Assembly (NCBI GenBank): GCA_036630325.1
Contig: CP142734.1
Span: forward strand, 992,001-1,056,000
From: Vairimorpha necatrix
Taxonomy: Eukaryota
DNA: 64,000 nucleotides
Reading direction: 5' to 3'
Positions within the stretch are counted from its first letter, which is position 1. Each line of letters starts with the position of its first letter. The position numbers and the translations under genes are program-made. Positions 44,205 through 55,895 of this stretch are shown one piece after another. The notes beneath the pieces were generated by a model. It was given only the letters and a program-made list of their open reading frames with translations. It ran no database searches and was not told the DNA's origin.

Positions 44205-47200
44205 CTAGCGTATGCTTTCCCGTTTTGAAAACGGCATCGAAATGTTTAGTTTTATAATATGTATTTCCCCTTTTAATTTTTTTAAGTTTCCATTTTGGGA
44301 TGATTGAATTTGACAGGATGAAGACATCTTTTTCGAAAATACTTTTAAGTAACATATAAGGAGTAAAGTTTTTAAAAACACTTATGAGTCATATTGAAAT
44401 AATTTTGGAGACTTCTAAGCTCAATTTTTGACACTTATATTCAAAATCTTTATTTGGCAATTATTTTTAAAATTTTTCTAGAAGGGTTAAATAAATTCTA
44501 AAAAACGATTCTGACGATATTTTAGAACTGAGTTTTACATAAAAAGAATAATATGAATTAAAATGCATTAATATATAATATACGCACTCACAATTATCAA
44601 ATTAAAACGTTAAAATTAAATTTGATATTATATTAACGTAAAAGGCTCAAAATGTACCGTTTAGAAATTTCAAAACCACAAAAAAGAAGGGTTAAAAATT
44701 AAATAAAATTCTTTTATATATATGACTAGCGTATGCTTTCCCGTTTTGAAAACGGGATCGAAATGTTTAGTTTTTTAATATGTCTTTGATCCTTGAATTT
44801 TTTTGAGTTTACATTTTGGGATGATTGAATTTGATAGGATGAAATCATCTTTTTCAAAAATACTTTTTAGTAACATATTAGGAGTAAAGTTGAGTTAAAA
44901 ACACTTTTGAGTCATATTGAAATAATTTCGGGAACTTCTAAGCTCAATTTTTGACACTTATCATCAAAATCATTATTGGTTGAATGTTTTTACAATTTTT
45001 CGTGGAAGGGTCAAATAAATTCTAAAAAACGATTCTGACGATATTTTGGAACTGAGTTTAACAAAAATAATAATCAAAATTAAAAAGTATTAACTAATAA
45101 CATACACACTTAGAATAATCAAATTAAAGCAATAAATCTATATTTGATATCACAATAACACAATAAGCTATAATAAGAAGTTTAGATTTTACAAAATCAC
45201 AAAAAAGAGGGGTAAAAAATTAAATAAAATTCTTTTATATATATGATGATGACTAGCGTATGCTTTCCCGTTTTAAAAACGGGATCTAAATGTTTAGTTT
45301 TTAAATATGTATTCCTTCTTTTTATTTTTTTAAGTTTCCACTAGCGTATGCTTTCCCGTTTTGAAAACGGGATTAATGTGTGTGCGCATTGCATTTTTCT
45401 TTTGATTTACCATTTTGGGTTGGAATAAGAAAAGGAGAGAATATAATTCTTAACAACAGTAAATATTAGATTATTGGCAGACTTAAATACAGAATTCGAT
45501 TCAAATTATTATATAAAATTCAATGCTATAAATTCTAAATGTTTTTTAGTCAAAATTTGACACTTATCATTCGAAATCCGAAATGGTTAATTGTTTTATG
45601 AATTTTTGTGGAAGGGTTAAATAAATTCTAAAAAACGATTCTGACGATATTTTGGAACTGAGTTTTACAAAAAATTTATAAAAAACAAAAAAGTATTAAC
45701 ATATAGTATACGCATATACAATTGTCAAATTGAAACATTAAATCTAAAAACACTATTTTTATAACTTAATAAGATCAAAATACATAGTTATAAAATTTTA
45801 AAACCACAAAAAAGAGGGGTAAAAAATTAAATAAAATTCTTTTATATATATGATTTTGGATTGAATGAATTTAAAAAGGAGAAAAAATGATTTTTAAAAA
45901 TACTGTTTAGTATCATATAAGAAGTAATGTTGTTGTAAAACATTTTATAATCTCAATGAGATAATTTTGGAACTTCTAAGCTCATTTTTTGACACTTATA
46001 TTCAAAATCTTTATTTGTCAGATGTTTTTACAATTTTCCGTGGAAGGGTTAAATAAATTCTAAAAAACGATTCTGACGATATTTTGGAACTGAGTTTTAC
46101 AAAAATAATAAATAGAATAAAAATGCATTAATATACAGTATACGCACATATGATAGCCAAAATCCTCCTTTGAGCTTATATTTGATATCATAATAACACA
46201 ATAAGCTATAATAAGAAGTTTAGAAATTTCAAAGTCACAAAAAAGAGGGGTAAAAAATTAAATAAAATTCTTTTATATATATGACTAGCGTATGCTTTCC
46301 CGTTTTGAAAACGGGATTGATATATTGTTCATAGCATTTATTTCTACTTTATTTTTTGAGTTTCCATTTTGGGAAAAATAAATTTGAAAAGGAAAAAACA
46401 TGAATTTACAAAATACTTTTTAGTAACATATAAGGAGTAAAGTTGAGCTAAAAACATTTAATAATTATAATGAGATAATTTTGGAAACTTCTAAGCTCAA
46501 TTTTTGACACTTATATTTTACTTATTTTTTGGTTAATGTTTTTGTGAATTTTTTCTAGAAGGGTTAAATAAATTCTAAAAAACGATTCTGACGATATTTT
46601 GGAACTAAGTTTTACGAAAATAATAATCAAAATAAAAATGCATTTACACATAATATACACACTTACAATATTTATATCGAAACATTAGATGTAAATTTGA
46701 TATTTTTAATACACAATAAGCTGTAATAAGAAGTTTAAAGTTTACAAATTCATAAAAAAGAGGGGTAAAAAATTAAATAAAATTCTTTTATATATATGAT
46801 GACTAGCGTATGCTTTCCCGTTTTTGAAAACGGGATCTAAATGTTTAGTTTGCTAATAATATGTCTTATATCCTTAAATTTTGTTGAGTCTCCATTTTAT
46901 GAATGAATTTGAAAAGGAGAAAACATGATTTTAAAAAATACTTTTTAGTAACATATAAGGAGTAAAGTTGAGCTAAAAACATTTAATAATTATAATGAGA
47001 TAATTTTGGGAACTTCTAAGCTCAAGTTTTGATACTTATATTCAACTTTTTCTTTGGTTAATATTTTTGTGAATTTTTTCTAGAAGGGTTAAATAAATTC
47101 TAAAAAACGATTCTGACGATATTTTGGAACTGAGTTTTCTAAAAATAAGAATTAAAATGAAAATGCATTAACATACAGTACACGCACTTATGAAAGTCAA

Positions 47201-48900
47201 AATCCTTCAATGAGTTTATATTTGATATTACAATGGCACAATAAGCTATAATAAGAAGTTTAGATTTTACAAAATCACAAAAAAGAGGGGTAAAAAATTA
47301 AATAAAATTCTTTTATATATATGATGACTAGCGTATGCTTTCCCGTTTTGAAAACGGGATCTAAATGTTTAGTTTTTTAATATGTATTTCCCCTTTTGAT
47401 TTTGTTAAGTTTCCATTTTGGGATGAATGAATTTGAAAAGGAGAAAACATGATTTTGAAAAATACTTTTTAGTGACATAAAAGGAGTAAAGTTGAGCTTA
47501 AAACATTTATTAATTATAATGAGATGATTTTGTGAACTTCTAAGCTCATTTTTTGACACTTTTATTCAACATTCTTTTTGGTACATGTTTTTGGGATTTT
47601 TTTCTAGAAGGGTTAAATAAATTCTAAAAAATGATTCTGACAATATTTTGGAACTGAGTTTAACAAAAATAATTATATGAATTAAAATGCATTAATATAT
47701 AATATACGCACTCACAATTATTAAATAAAAACGTTAAAATTAAATTTGATATTATATTAACATAAAAGGCCCAAAACATATCGTTTAGAAATTTCAAAAC
47801 CACAAAAAAGAGGGGTAAAAAATTAAATAAAATTCTTTTATATATATGACTAGCGTATGCTTTCCCGTTTTGAAAACGGGATCTAAATGTTTAGTTTTAT
47901 AATATGTCGCTCCTCGGTGAATTTTGGTATGTTTCCATTTTGGGATGATTGAATTTGACAGGATGAAGACATCTTTTTCAAAAATACTTTTTAGTGACAT
48001 AAAATGATCAAGTTGAGTTCAAAACACTTATGAGTCTCATTGAAATAATTTTGGGAACTTCTAAGCTCAATTTTTGACACTTACATGTAAGATCTTCATT
48101 GGTTATATGTTTTTGCAATTTTTCTAGAAGGGTTAAATAAATTCTAAAAAACGATTCTGGCGATATTTTGGGACCAAGCTTTCCGAAAATAACAATCTAA
48201 ATAAAAATGTATTAACATACAACATACGCATCAACGATAGTCAAAATACTTCATTGAGTTTATATTTGATATTACAATGGCGCAATAAGTTATAATAAGA
48301 AGTTTATATTTTTTAAGACCACAAAAAAGAGGGGGTAAAAAATTAAATAAAATTCTTTTATATATATGATGACTAGCGTATGCTTTCCCGTTTTTGAAAA
48401 CGGGATCTAAATGTTTAGTTTGCTAATATGTCTTATATCCTTAAATTTTGTTGAGTTTCCATTTTTTGGATAACTGAATTTAAAAAGGAGAAAACATGAT
48501 TTTGAAAAAAACTTTTTAATAACATTTAAAGAGTAAAATGAAGTTGAAAACACTTATTAATCTTAATGAAATATGTTTAAAACTCTTACAGCTCAGTTTT
48601 TGACACTTACATTCAATTTCTTCTTTGTATTTTGTTTTTAAAATTTTTCTAGAAGGGTTAAATAAATTCTAAAAAACGATTCTGACGATATTTTGGAACT
48701 GAGTTTTACAAAACAAAGAATTAAAATGGAAATGTATTAACATACAGTACACGCACATATGATAGTCAACATCCTTCCTTGAGTTTATATTTGATATTAT
48801 AATAAGTTAATAAGACCAAAATATACAGTGTGGAAATTTCAAATTCACAAAAAAGAGGGGTAAAAAATTAAATAAAATTCTTTTATATATATGATGATGA
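44205..48900 (-). mobile_element. array of nine ~513-528 bp non-autonomous Helitron-like elements
   Basis: Units: 44205-44725, 44726-45252, 45253-46284 (interrupted), 45341-45853 (nested), 46285-46802, 46803-47327, 47328-47849, 47850-48372, 48373-48900. On the minus strand each starts TC(ATC)nATATATATAAAAG and ends in hairpin TCCCGTTTT-C-AAAACGGGA + 9 nt + CTAG. Flanks are A and T with no TSD. Confidence 0.85.
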
Positions 48901-48941
48901 TTACGGAATTACATATAGCATAAATATGGGAGGTTGGTGCT

Positions 48942-49020
48942 GTATAAACGAAAACCAAGACATAAATACTGCTGAATTCCCTATATATTGTAGTCATTTT
49001 AATATGCAAATATCTTCCAT
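48942..49020 (+). repeat. left copy of 79-bp direct repeat flanking the MULE
   Basis: Matches 50756-50834 at 78/79 positions. Confidence 0.93.
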
Positions 49021-50755
49021 CGGTAACCGTAAATTCGCCTGTAGGCGAATTTACGGTTTTTCGCCAAAAATTAAAATTTGCTCGTTTTTTCGCCAAAAAA
49101 AATACAAAAAAAAATTTATTGGTATTAAGAAAGAAATAAAAGATTTGAAAAGCTTTATTATAATTTTAATTAAAATTTATTGGTTATAAAAAAAGCATTT
49201 ATAATAAAAATAGGTTTATTGAATTAACTTATTCGCATTTGAAATTCACGTGTTGCAGTAAAGCATTCATGTACTCTTCACGAGAATAATGTTTATAATT
49301 TTTAACGATTATTCTAATTTTTTCCTCCGCTTTTTGGGTTTTTTTAGCTTCAAATAATCCTTTTTTATAACGTTTTAGATTATATATATCCATTTCTTCA
49401 CAATCGAGTATTCTTGAAATAAAAAGAGCGATATTTGGATTTCTTGTCTCCATCCTCTTGTTTATGGTTCTATTCCAGCTTTCTGCATTGTTAGAAGTCC
49501 GAGGAATTTCATTTTTTACCCTATCAAATACATTCCAAAAATTTATATAGGCGACAGCTCTCCCACCATTATCTTCTCTAGTTACATGGGAAACTAAATA
49601 ATTATTTTCAAAGTATAACTGAAAGTTAGCTGTGGTTGTAATTGAATTATCTTTTATAAATTTCTTAATATCTTCATAAAAAACCAGAACATCTCGTATT
49701 GGCACAAAAGCTAATCTAAGAATCTTTTTGAATACTAGATTATAGTTAGAATCGTTTTTAAACTTTTCTATGTCCCCCATTGCCCCGACTCTTTTATAGG
49801 CTGCCTGCCCAAGATGAAACAAGCATCCATTACAGTTTGCTCCAGGGAAAGATATTCGTAATGCATTGACCAATCCTCTCTCAAAATCAGTCACAAAGTT
49901 CTTAACATTCATAGTAACTAATTCCTTGCATTTATCGAAGGCTCTAGAATATGACCTTTCACTTTTTCCCTTGAGTAAAATATAAATGTATGGAAAACTT
50001 TTGCCAAATATATGTCCATGAAAGACGACAATTTGGTAAAATCCTTGAGGAGAAGATTTAAACGTTCCATCGACAACGAACGTATCTATTTTTTCAATCA
50101 TACTTTTTTTGAATTCTGAAAAAAATATTATAAATCTATCATTATCCTGCATACCACTATCAAATCTAAGAAAACGATTTTTTTTAGAATCTACTTGCAG
50201 GACTTCGGGTATATCCATAATGCAACCAGTTATAAATCCGAGTCTTGAATTTCTTGTTCGTTTGATTGTATCTCTTAAATATTCTATGGAAGGCATTTTA
50301 GTAATATCTAAGCTGGTTGACAATGCTGGGAGTTGTTTTTTTATTATTTCTAATGAGTTTTCATTACTTGTAGCAACTTGTTCTTTTATTTTTTTAATAG
50401 TTCTTTTAAACATGCATTTCTCAGGTACTGGTTCATGTGAATGAATAACTTTTTTAACGATTTCGTTTTGTTCATTCATTATAATGGCACCTCTACAAGA
50501 CCTATTACTGCACCTCCATCGCCTAGTGCCGTCCTTATTGTAGTCTAAAGTGTATATCTGATCTTCATAGATAAGATTTTGCCCTCCACGTTGACCTTTA
50601 AAAATTTCAAAGTTGTCGTTCAATTTTTTTAAGGGTAGATTTTCGGCGAAAAAAAAGGAAAAATTTTATGGGCAAAATTTTTGGCGAAAAACAACCATTT
50701 TTGAACTTTTGGCGAAAAACCGTAAATTCGCCTGTAGGCGAATTTACGGGTACCC
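49021..50755 (-). mobile_element. Mutator-like (MULE) DNA transposon, 1735 bp
   Basis: Terminal inverted repeats of ~50 bp or more (CGGTAACCGTAAATTCGCCT.. / ..AGGCGAATTTACGGGTACCC), each with an internal palindrome and subterminal TTTTCGCC repeats, enclosing a transposase ORF. Confidence 0.92.
49229..50623 (-). CDS. FLYWCH-MULE DDE transposase
   Basis: WRCSNRSC...HSH zinc finger; VVDGTFK, VTDFERGL, GCLFHLGQ, RTSNNAESWN motifs; the frame opens at TTG, not ATG. Confidence 0.9.
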   Translation of the reverse strand: MNDNFEIFKGQRGGQNLIYEDQIYTLDYNKDGTRRWRCSNRSCRGAIIMNEQNEIVKKVIHSHEPVPEKCMFKRTIKKIKEQVATSNENSLEIIKKQLPALSTSLDITKMPSIEYLRDTIKRTRNSRLGFITGCIMDIPEVLQVDSKKNRFLRFDSGMQDNDRFIIFFSEFKKSMIEKIDTFVVDGTFKSSPQGFYQIVVFHGHIFGKSFPYIYILLKGKSERSYSRAFDKCKELVTMNVKNFVTDFERGLVNALRISFPGANCNGCLFHLGQAAYKRVGAMGDIEKFKNDSNYNLVFKKILRLAFVPIRDVLVFYEDIKKFIKDNSITTTANFQLYFENNYLVSHVTREDNGGRAVAYINFWNVFDRVKNEIPRTSNNAESWNRTINKRMETRNPNIALFISRILDCEEMDIYNLKRYKKGLFEAKKTQKAEEKIRIIVKNYKHYSREEYMNALLQHVNFKCE

Positions 50756-50834
50756 GTATAAACGAAAACCAAGACATAAATACTGCTGAATTCCCTTTAT
50801 ATTGTAGTCATTTTAATATGCAAATATCTTCCAT
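50756..50834 (+). repeat. right copy of 79-bp direct repeat flanking the MULE
   Basis: GTATAAACGAAAACC...ATATCTTCCAT, one A/T mismatch versus 48942-49020. Confidence 0.93.
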
Positions 50835-51395
50835 ACCTGAAAACTAAAACATTTCTATTAAATTTTCAATTGGGATTGATAATTGTATATTTAATAAAAA
50901 AGCGATTGTTAAGATATATAAAAAATTTAGCACCAGTCCATCATCAAAACTAAAACTACAATTTTTAATCGTATATTGAAGTATTTTATCACTGCTTTGA
51001 TGAACTACTTTTTAAAATTTTTAAAGTTAAATATAAGTAACTCATGGATAATGTACTTCATACTTTTATTTCTAATTTATATCAAGAGATCAAAATGGCA
51101 TAAATAATCCTTCAAATATTATACATTTTATGATGTTCAAACTTGTTTATACGTATGTGTAGTTAAGTTTTTACTTCTTATGGTGGTAACTAGATATATT
51201 CCCTGCCCAAAAAAATCACCACATTATACGAAACAATTTTTTCCACTTTGCGATTATATACGCATAAAAAAGAACTAGTAAATTTGAAAACAAGCAATTT
51301 AATGTTTTTATTACCTTGGTGCGAGCTAGAATAAATAGTAATATTGTAAAAAGACATTTCAAGTATTTATTATTGTCATTAAGTCATAATTTTTG

Positions 51396-52228
51396 GGGTG
51401 AAAGATACCACAGTACCCCCATTTGAGGGTGTTTACTTTATTTTTTCGAACCCCAAAAACGAAGTGCAAAATAAAGGAGGAGCAGGAAGGAGACAAAAAT
51501 TACTAAGCACTTACGACATTAAAAATAACAAATAAATATATATTTATGTACAGAATTATATTTTAATACAAGTTTTAATAATCATTTTAAGTATTGTGTC
51601 TTTTTTGTCCTTCTTATATTTTCAATTTTTTTTTAATTTTTGGTTTATTATAAAAGTAGATTTTCTTCAAAAATCTACTTTTATGATAAAACAAAAATTA
51701 AAATTATAATATTATTTATTTAAGAAAATTTAAATAAATATTCAACGATCTATAAAGATTGTTAAATCAAAAAATTTAATTTAAAATTTGAGAAGTTACT
51801 AAGAAAATATACTTTTATGAATATATTCTTTTTTAAATTGAATTTCGTACACAAGAGTATATTTATTTAATGTTTTTTATATTTAAAGATGCAAGTAATT
51901 TGAGTGCACCTGATTGCTTCTCCTTTATTTTGCACTTTGTTTTTGGGGTTCGAAAAAATAAAGTGAACACCCTTAGAGGGGGCGTGTTGGTCCGCAATTC
52001 TAAAAAATCAGAAGGGTAAAAAATGCTTGTTAATTTATATAAGTGTAAAAACTTGTATTAAAATATGATTCTGTACATAAATATATATTTATTTGTTATT
52101 TTTAATGTCGAAGTGCTTAGTAATTTTTGTCTCCTTCTTGCTCCTCCTTTTTTTTGCACTTAGTTTTTGGGGTTCGAAAAAATAAAGTAAACACCCTCAA
52201 ATGGGGGGTACTGTGGTACCCCACCTCC
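51396..52228. mobile_element. non-coding long-TIR element (MITE/foldback-like)
   Basis: ~170-180 bp inverted repeats (about 51396-51575 and 52048-52228); TAATTTTTG duplicated on both sides (51387-95, 52229-37); no ORF. Confidence 0.85.
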
Positions 52229-53666
52229 TAATTTTTGTTATAAAAATAAATTTAAAACATAGTTTATCTAATCTATATGGTCATGACATAACAGTAAAAT
52301 AGAAATATTGTTTGAAAAAAACTAAGCTACATTCTGAATAGAAATATTATTTGAAATTTTATGATCCAAAAAGGATCTGTTTGAGGACCAAGTATCATAG
52401 ATGTGCGCAAAAATGCCAATTAAAAAACCAACTATGTATTTTTCAAATGAGTTGATTTAATATTAGAAAATATTTGCGAAACTTTTTTTATCATTTTTAG
52501 TGCTAATAAACATTTTTATGGTAAATATTTTTTAAACATGTCATTTGCCGACCTTACTAAAAAAATTTGTATGATAAATTTAGTTTAATGACTGAAAATA
52601 TGTTTTTGTTTCACTATAATGTCCATAATAATTTTTTGGTCTTAAAATCTTATAAAAAACCCCGTGTTTAAAAATTAGTTACTAATGAATTTTATAAAAA
52701 CTAAATCATCTTTTTTGTAAATTTTTGATACGCTAGAAACTATAATTAAGGATTATCTTGTACCATTATTTATTATGAATATGTTCTAATGTCATAAACA
52801 ACGATTATTATTTCATGTGGAGTGAAAACATTATGTATTGCTTCCATATTATTGATATATCTATATGAAAAAACTAGAAAAAAAAACTATGTTAAATAAA
52901 ACTTACAGTTAGTATTTAATTTACATACGATTTTTAAATACATATATTTTATTTCTTGATATCTATCGCAATATAATCACCGAAATGGCGTCTTATCTTA
53001 AATAGACTAGATGATACAACAAATTAGATTTGAAATTATTAAAATCTAATATCGTAATAACATTGAGTATTTTTTGATTATACATGTCTATCATTGGATA
53101 TTCTATCTATAAATAATATAATAAGACGATTAAAAATAAATTTCCTTTCGAAGCATTACAAAACAAGGTATATTGAAAGATAATTTGCAGGCATACCCTG
53201 TGTATTCTCTTAAATATTTTTTTTTAAAAAAATATCAAACAGTTTTATCTGACACATGTCAACCAGTCAAGAAAATATAAATTTTCTGAAAATTTTTATT
53301 ATTGGCTATAAACTGCAAACAAGTTAAACAAAACCACCTTTATATTTTTACAAATGTTTACTTAGATTGTGTTTATAAGTGTATTGTTATAAATATCTTA
53401 GAAAATAAGTCATTATGACTAGAAAATTAGTGAAAATAATGCTTTTTTCAGTATTTAGTTTATTAAAATTTGATTTCAATTTTTTATAGACTTTTTATAT
53501 CTAGCCATCAAATTTCAACCCTATTTTGTTTTAGATCCCCTTGCTCATATTTTTTTGTGTTAACAAATTATTATGATTTTTGATTGCAAAAAAATTCTAT
53601 AATACATAAATTTGCCATTTTTTTATAGGATTTTGATTAAATCCAAATAAGCGAGAGTTACCCCAT

Positions 53667-55895
53667 ATGGATGTCGTTAAATTTGCTTTTACTATTTTAT
53701 TTATAAAATCGGGTCAATATGTTTCTAATCAGATAAATTTGGTACTAATAAAAAAAATAGAAAGCGGTGATTATACTACAATTGATTATGATAAACGATA
53801 TTTGAGAATTTTAATGGATTTTGATATCAGACAAAATAATATTAATGTTTATATTGTTGTAGAGATCAAAGGTTTTCAAAGAAGACAGGAAACTAAAAAT
53901 GTAAAGATTAATTGCACTAACAAATCTATTTTAACTGTAGTTAAAGAATTTAAACACATTATTTTATTGGAACATAGAAATTATTGGCTGATTATAACGT
54001 TTTGATTTATAATCCGTTATTTTTCCAAGTTCGTCCTATTTTTAAGAACTTAATTGAACATATAAAAAACGAAAATATCAAACAAAAAAAATTAAGACTC
54101 AAGGATGAACTATTTTATGAATACATCATGGAAAATGATGTCCTTTGGTACAAAGTATTTACAAATTTAAAATTTAAGACTAGCATTGTCCAGGGTAGAT
54201 TATGTTTTCCACAATCTCCAATTTCTTATATTAAAAGGAGCAATTCCCGCTACATATGTATTTGTATAAATATAGACAAGGTTCATTATTTCTTTGAATT
54301 AAATATCAAAGAACTTGGTTCTGAAAATCTTATTCCACATACAATTATGATAAGAGAACATATTAATGAAATTGACCACCAAATATGTATTCACCTTAAA
54401 GAATTGTATAAATTTATATATGTTGATAAAATCGTTAAGCGTAATATATCTTATTTTTCGGTTTGTACGTTAAATAAAATTGAATTTTATCACAATATAT
54501 TCAAAATTAAAATGGATAATGACGAAATACGTTTTACACAAAATTACAAGGAATATATATATTCTTTACAACATGAAGCCATTTTTACAAATTCGACATC
54601 TTTGGAATTTCAAGAGTTTTTTAGAAAAACCTATTATATAAAGACTTTAGGTGAATGTCATAACGAAGTGGAATTGCTTTTTAGATTATTAGAAACAGGT
54701 GGTCGTGCAGAATTCTTCTTAAAAAAAATCTTAAATAAAAGAGGAAGTGCAATTTATTTGATTTTACTTCAAATATTGTTGTCTGATAATTTGTATAAAG
54801 AATTTAATCTAAGTAAAATTTTAAGAAACGAAGAATTTGATGAAACATCGAAAAATCTGCTTATAGAAAAAATAATAACAAATTTATGCAATTGTAGTTT
54901 TTTAGCGAGTACTTTCCTGATAAAAATCTGTTTATTATTGGAAGTTGAACGTTTTATAAATGAAAATGATGTTAGTGATAAACCAATATTATTAATTTTG
55001 AGCAATATCGCCGCTCTTATCAAGAAAAAAGCAGGGTTTATACCATGTGATAATCAATATAATGTCACTAAAAAGATCGATTTAATTGAAATATTCCACG
55101 TCGCTGTAAAATTTCATCTTAAAGATATTCAGGCATACATGAACAATATATGGAAGCAAATTTTTTCGATAACATCATTATATACAGGATATGAGCAAAA
55201 TTTGTGTATACTTGAATATGTACATTTTTATATTGAAAAAGATAGAGTTTTTGATTTTTTTTGCTTAAATAATATTTTAGTTGAAAATAATAATGAAATA
55301 TTAAGAAAAAAATTATCAGAAAACACAAGAAACCAACGTATTAACGAAGCACTATATCGTTATAGAAAAGAATTGAAAATATTGTTTATAGTTTTTATGA
55401 AAAAAGATTATCTACGGCACTATGTAAAATTAAGCATGATGCTTTAAATAAAAAAATTAATTATTTATATGATAAAAATAGAACTAAAATGTTTGAAAAA
55501 CGATTACGTCAAAACGGAGTAAATGTAATTGAAAAGATCTTTAGTAATAAATGTTTGACAGAAGATGTATCCAATGTATCGGCAGGAATTAATGCAGAAT
55601 TGCTTTATGAATGTAAAAAAGACGAACTTGAAATTTTCTCTCGAGATTTAAACAAGTTAATTAATTTAAATATAAGAAATACTATAAAAAATGATTTTTA
55701 AATATCTCTTGAATCTCTTTTGGACAATGAAATTAGTAACAAAAAAATTTTTAAAGAATTTGCGGAAAAAAAATTAAAAAAATTCGAATGTTGCTGTGTG
55801 AAAATGAATTATCTGAAATTCTGAATGATTACAATATAGGAGTGAAATTTCACAGAAATTTAACCAAGATATTGGAAAATTATGATAAAAAATAA
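53667..55895 (+). pseudogene. multiply frameshifted secreted-family gene, probable paralogue of 37154-39038
   Basis: ccccatATG start. Consecutive ORFs 53667-54005, 53984-55447 and 55489-55701 lie in different frames, followed by a further coding-like tail. Shared patterns with the 37-kb gene (W..YN...Y.PL; LLFRLLETGG vs LFYRLLHRRG). Confidence 0.6.

Noticed and set aside
44146..48000. Short ORFs within array units (44146-44355, 47377-47559, 47794-48000)
   Set aside because: The frame is not preserved across most units and the ORFs cross element boundaries; likely incidental.
44205..48900. CRISPR-like array (conserved palindromic repeat with variable spacers)
   Set aside because: The period is ~520 bp, the variable parts are homologous to each other rather than unique spacers, no cas genes are present, the context is eukaryotic, and the termini fit Helitrons.
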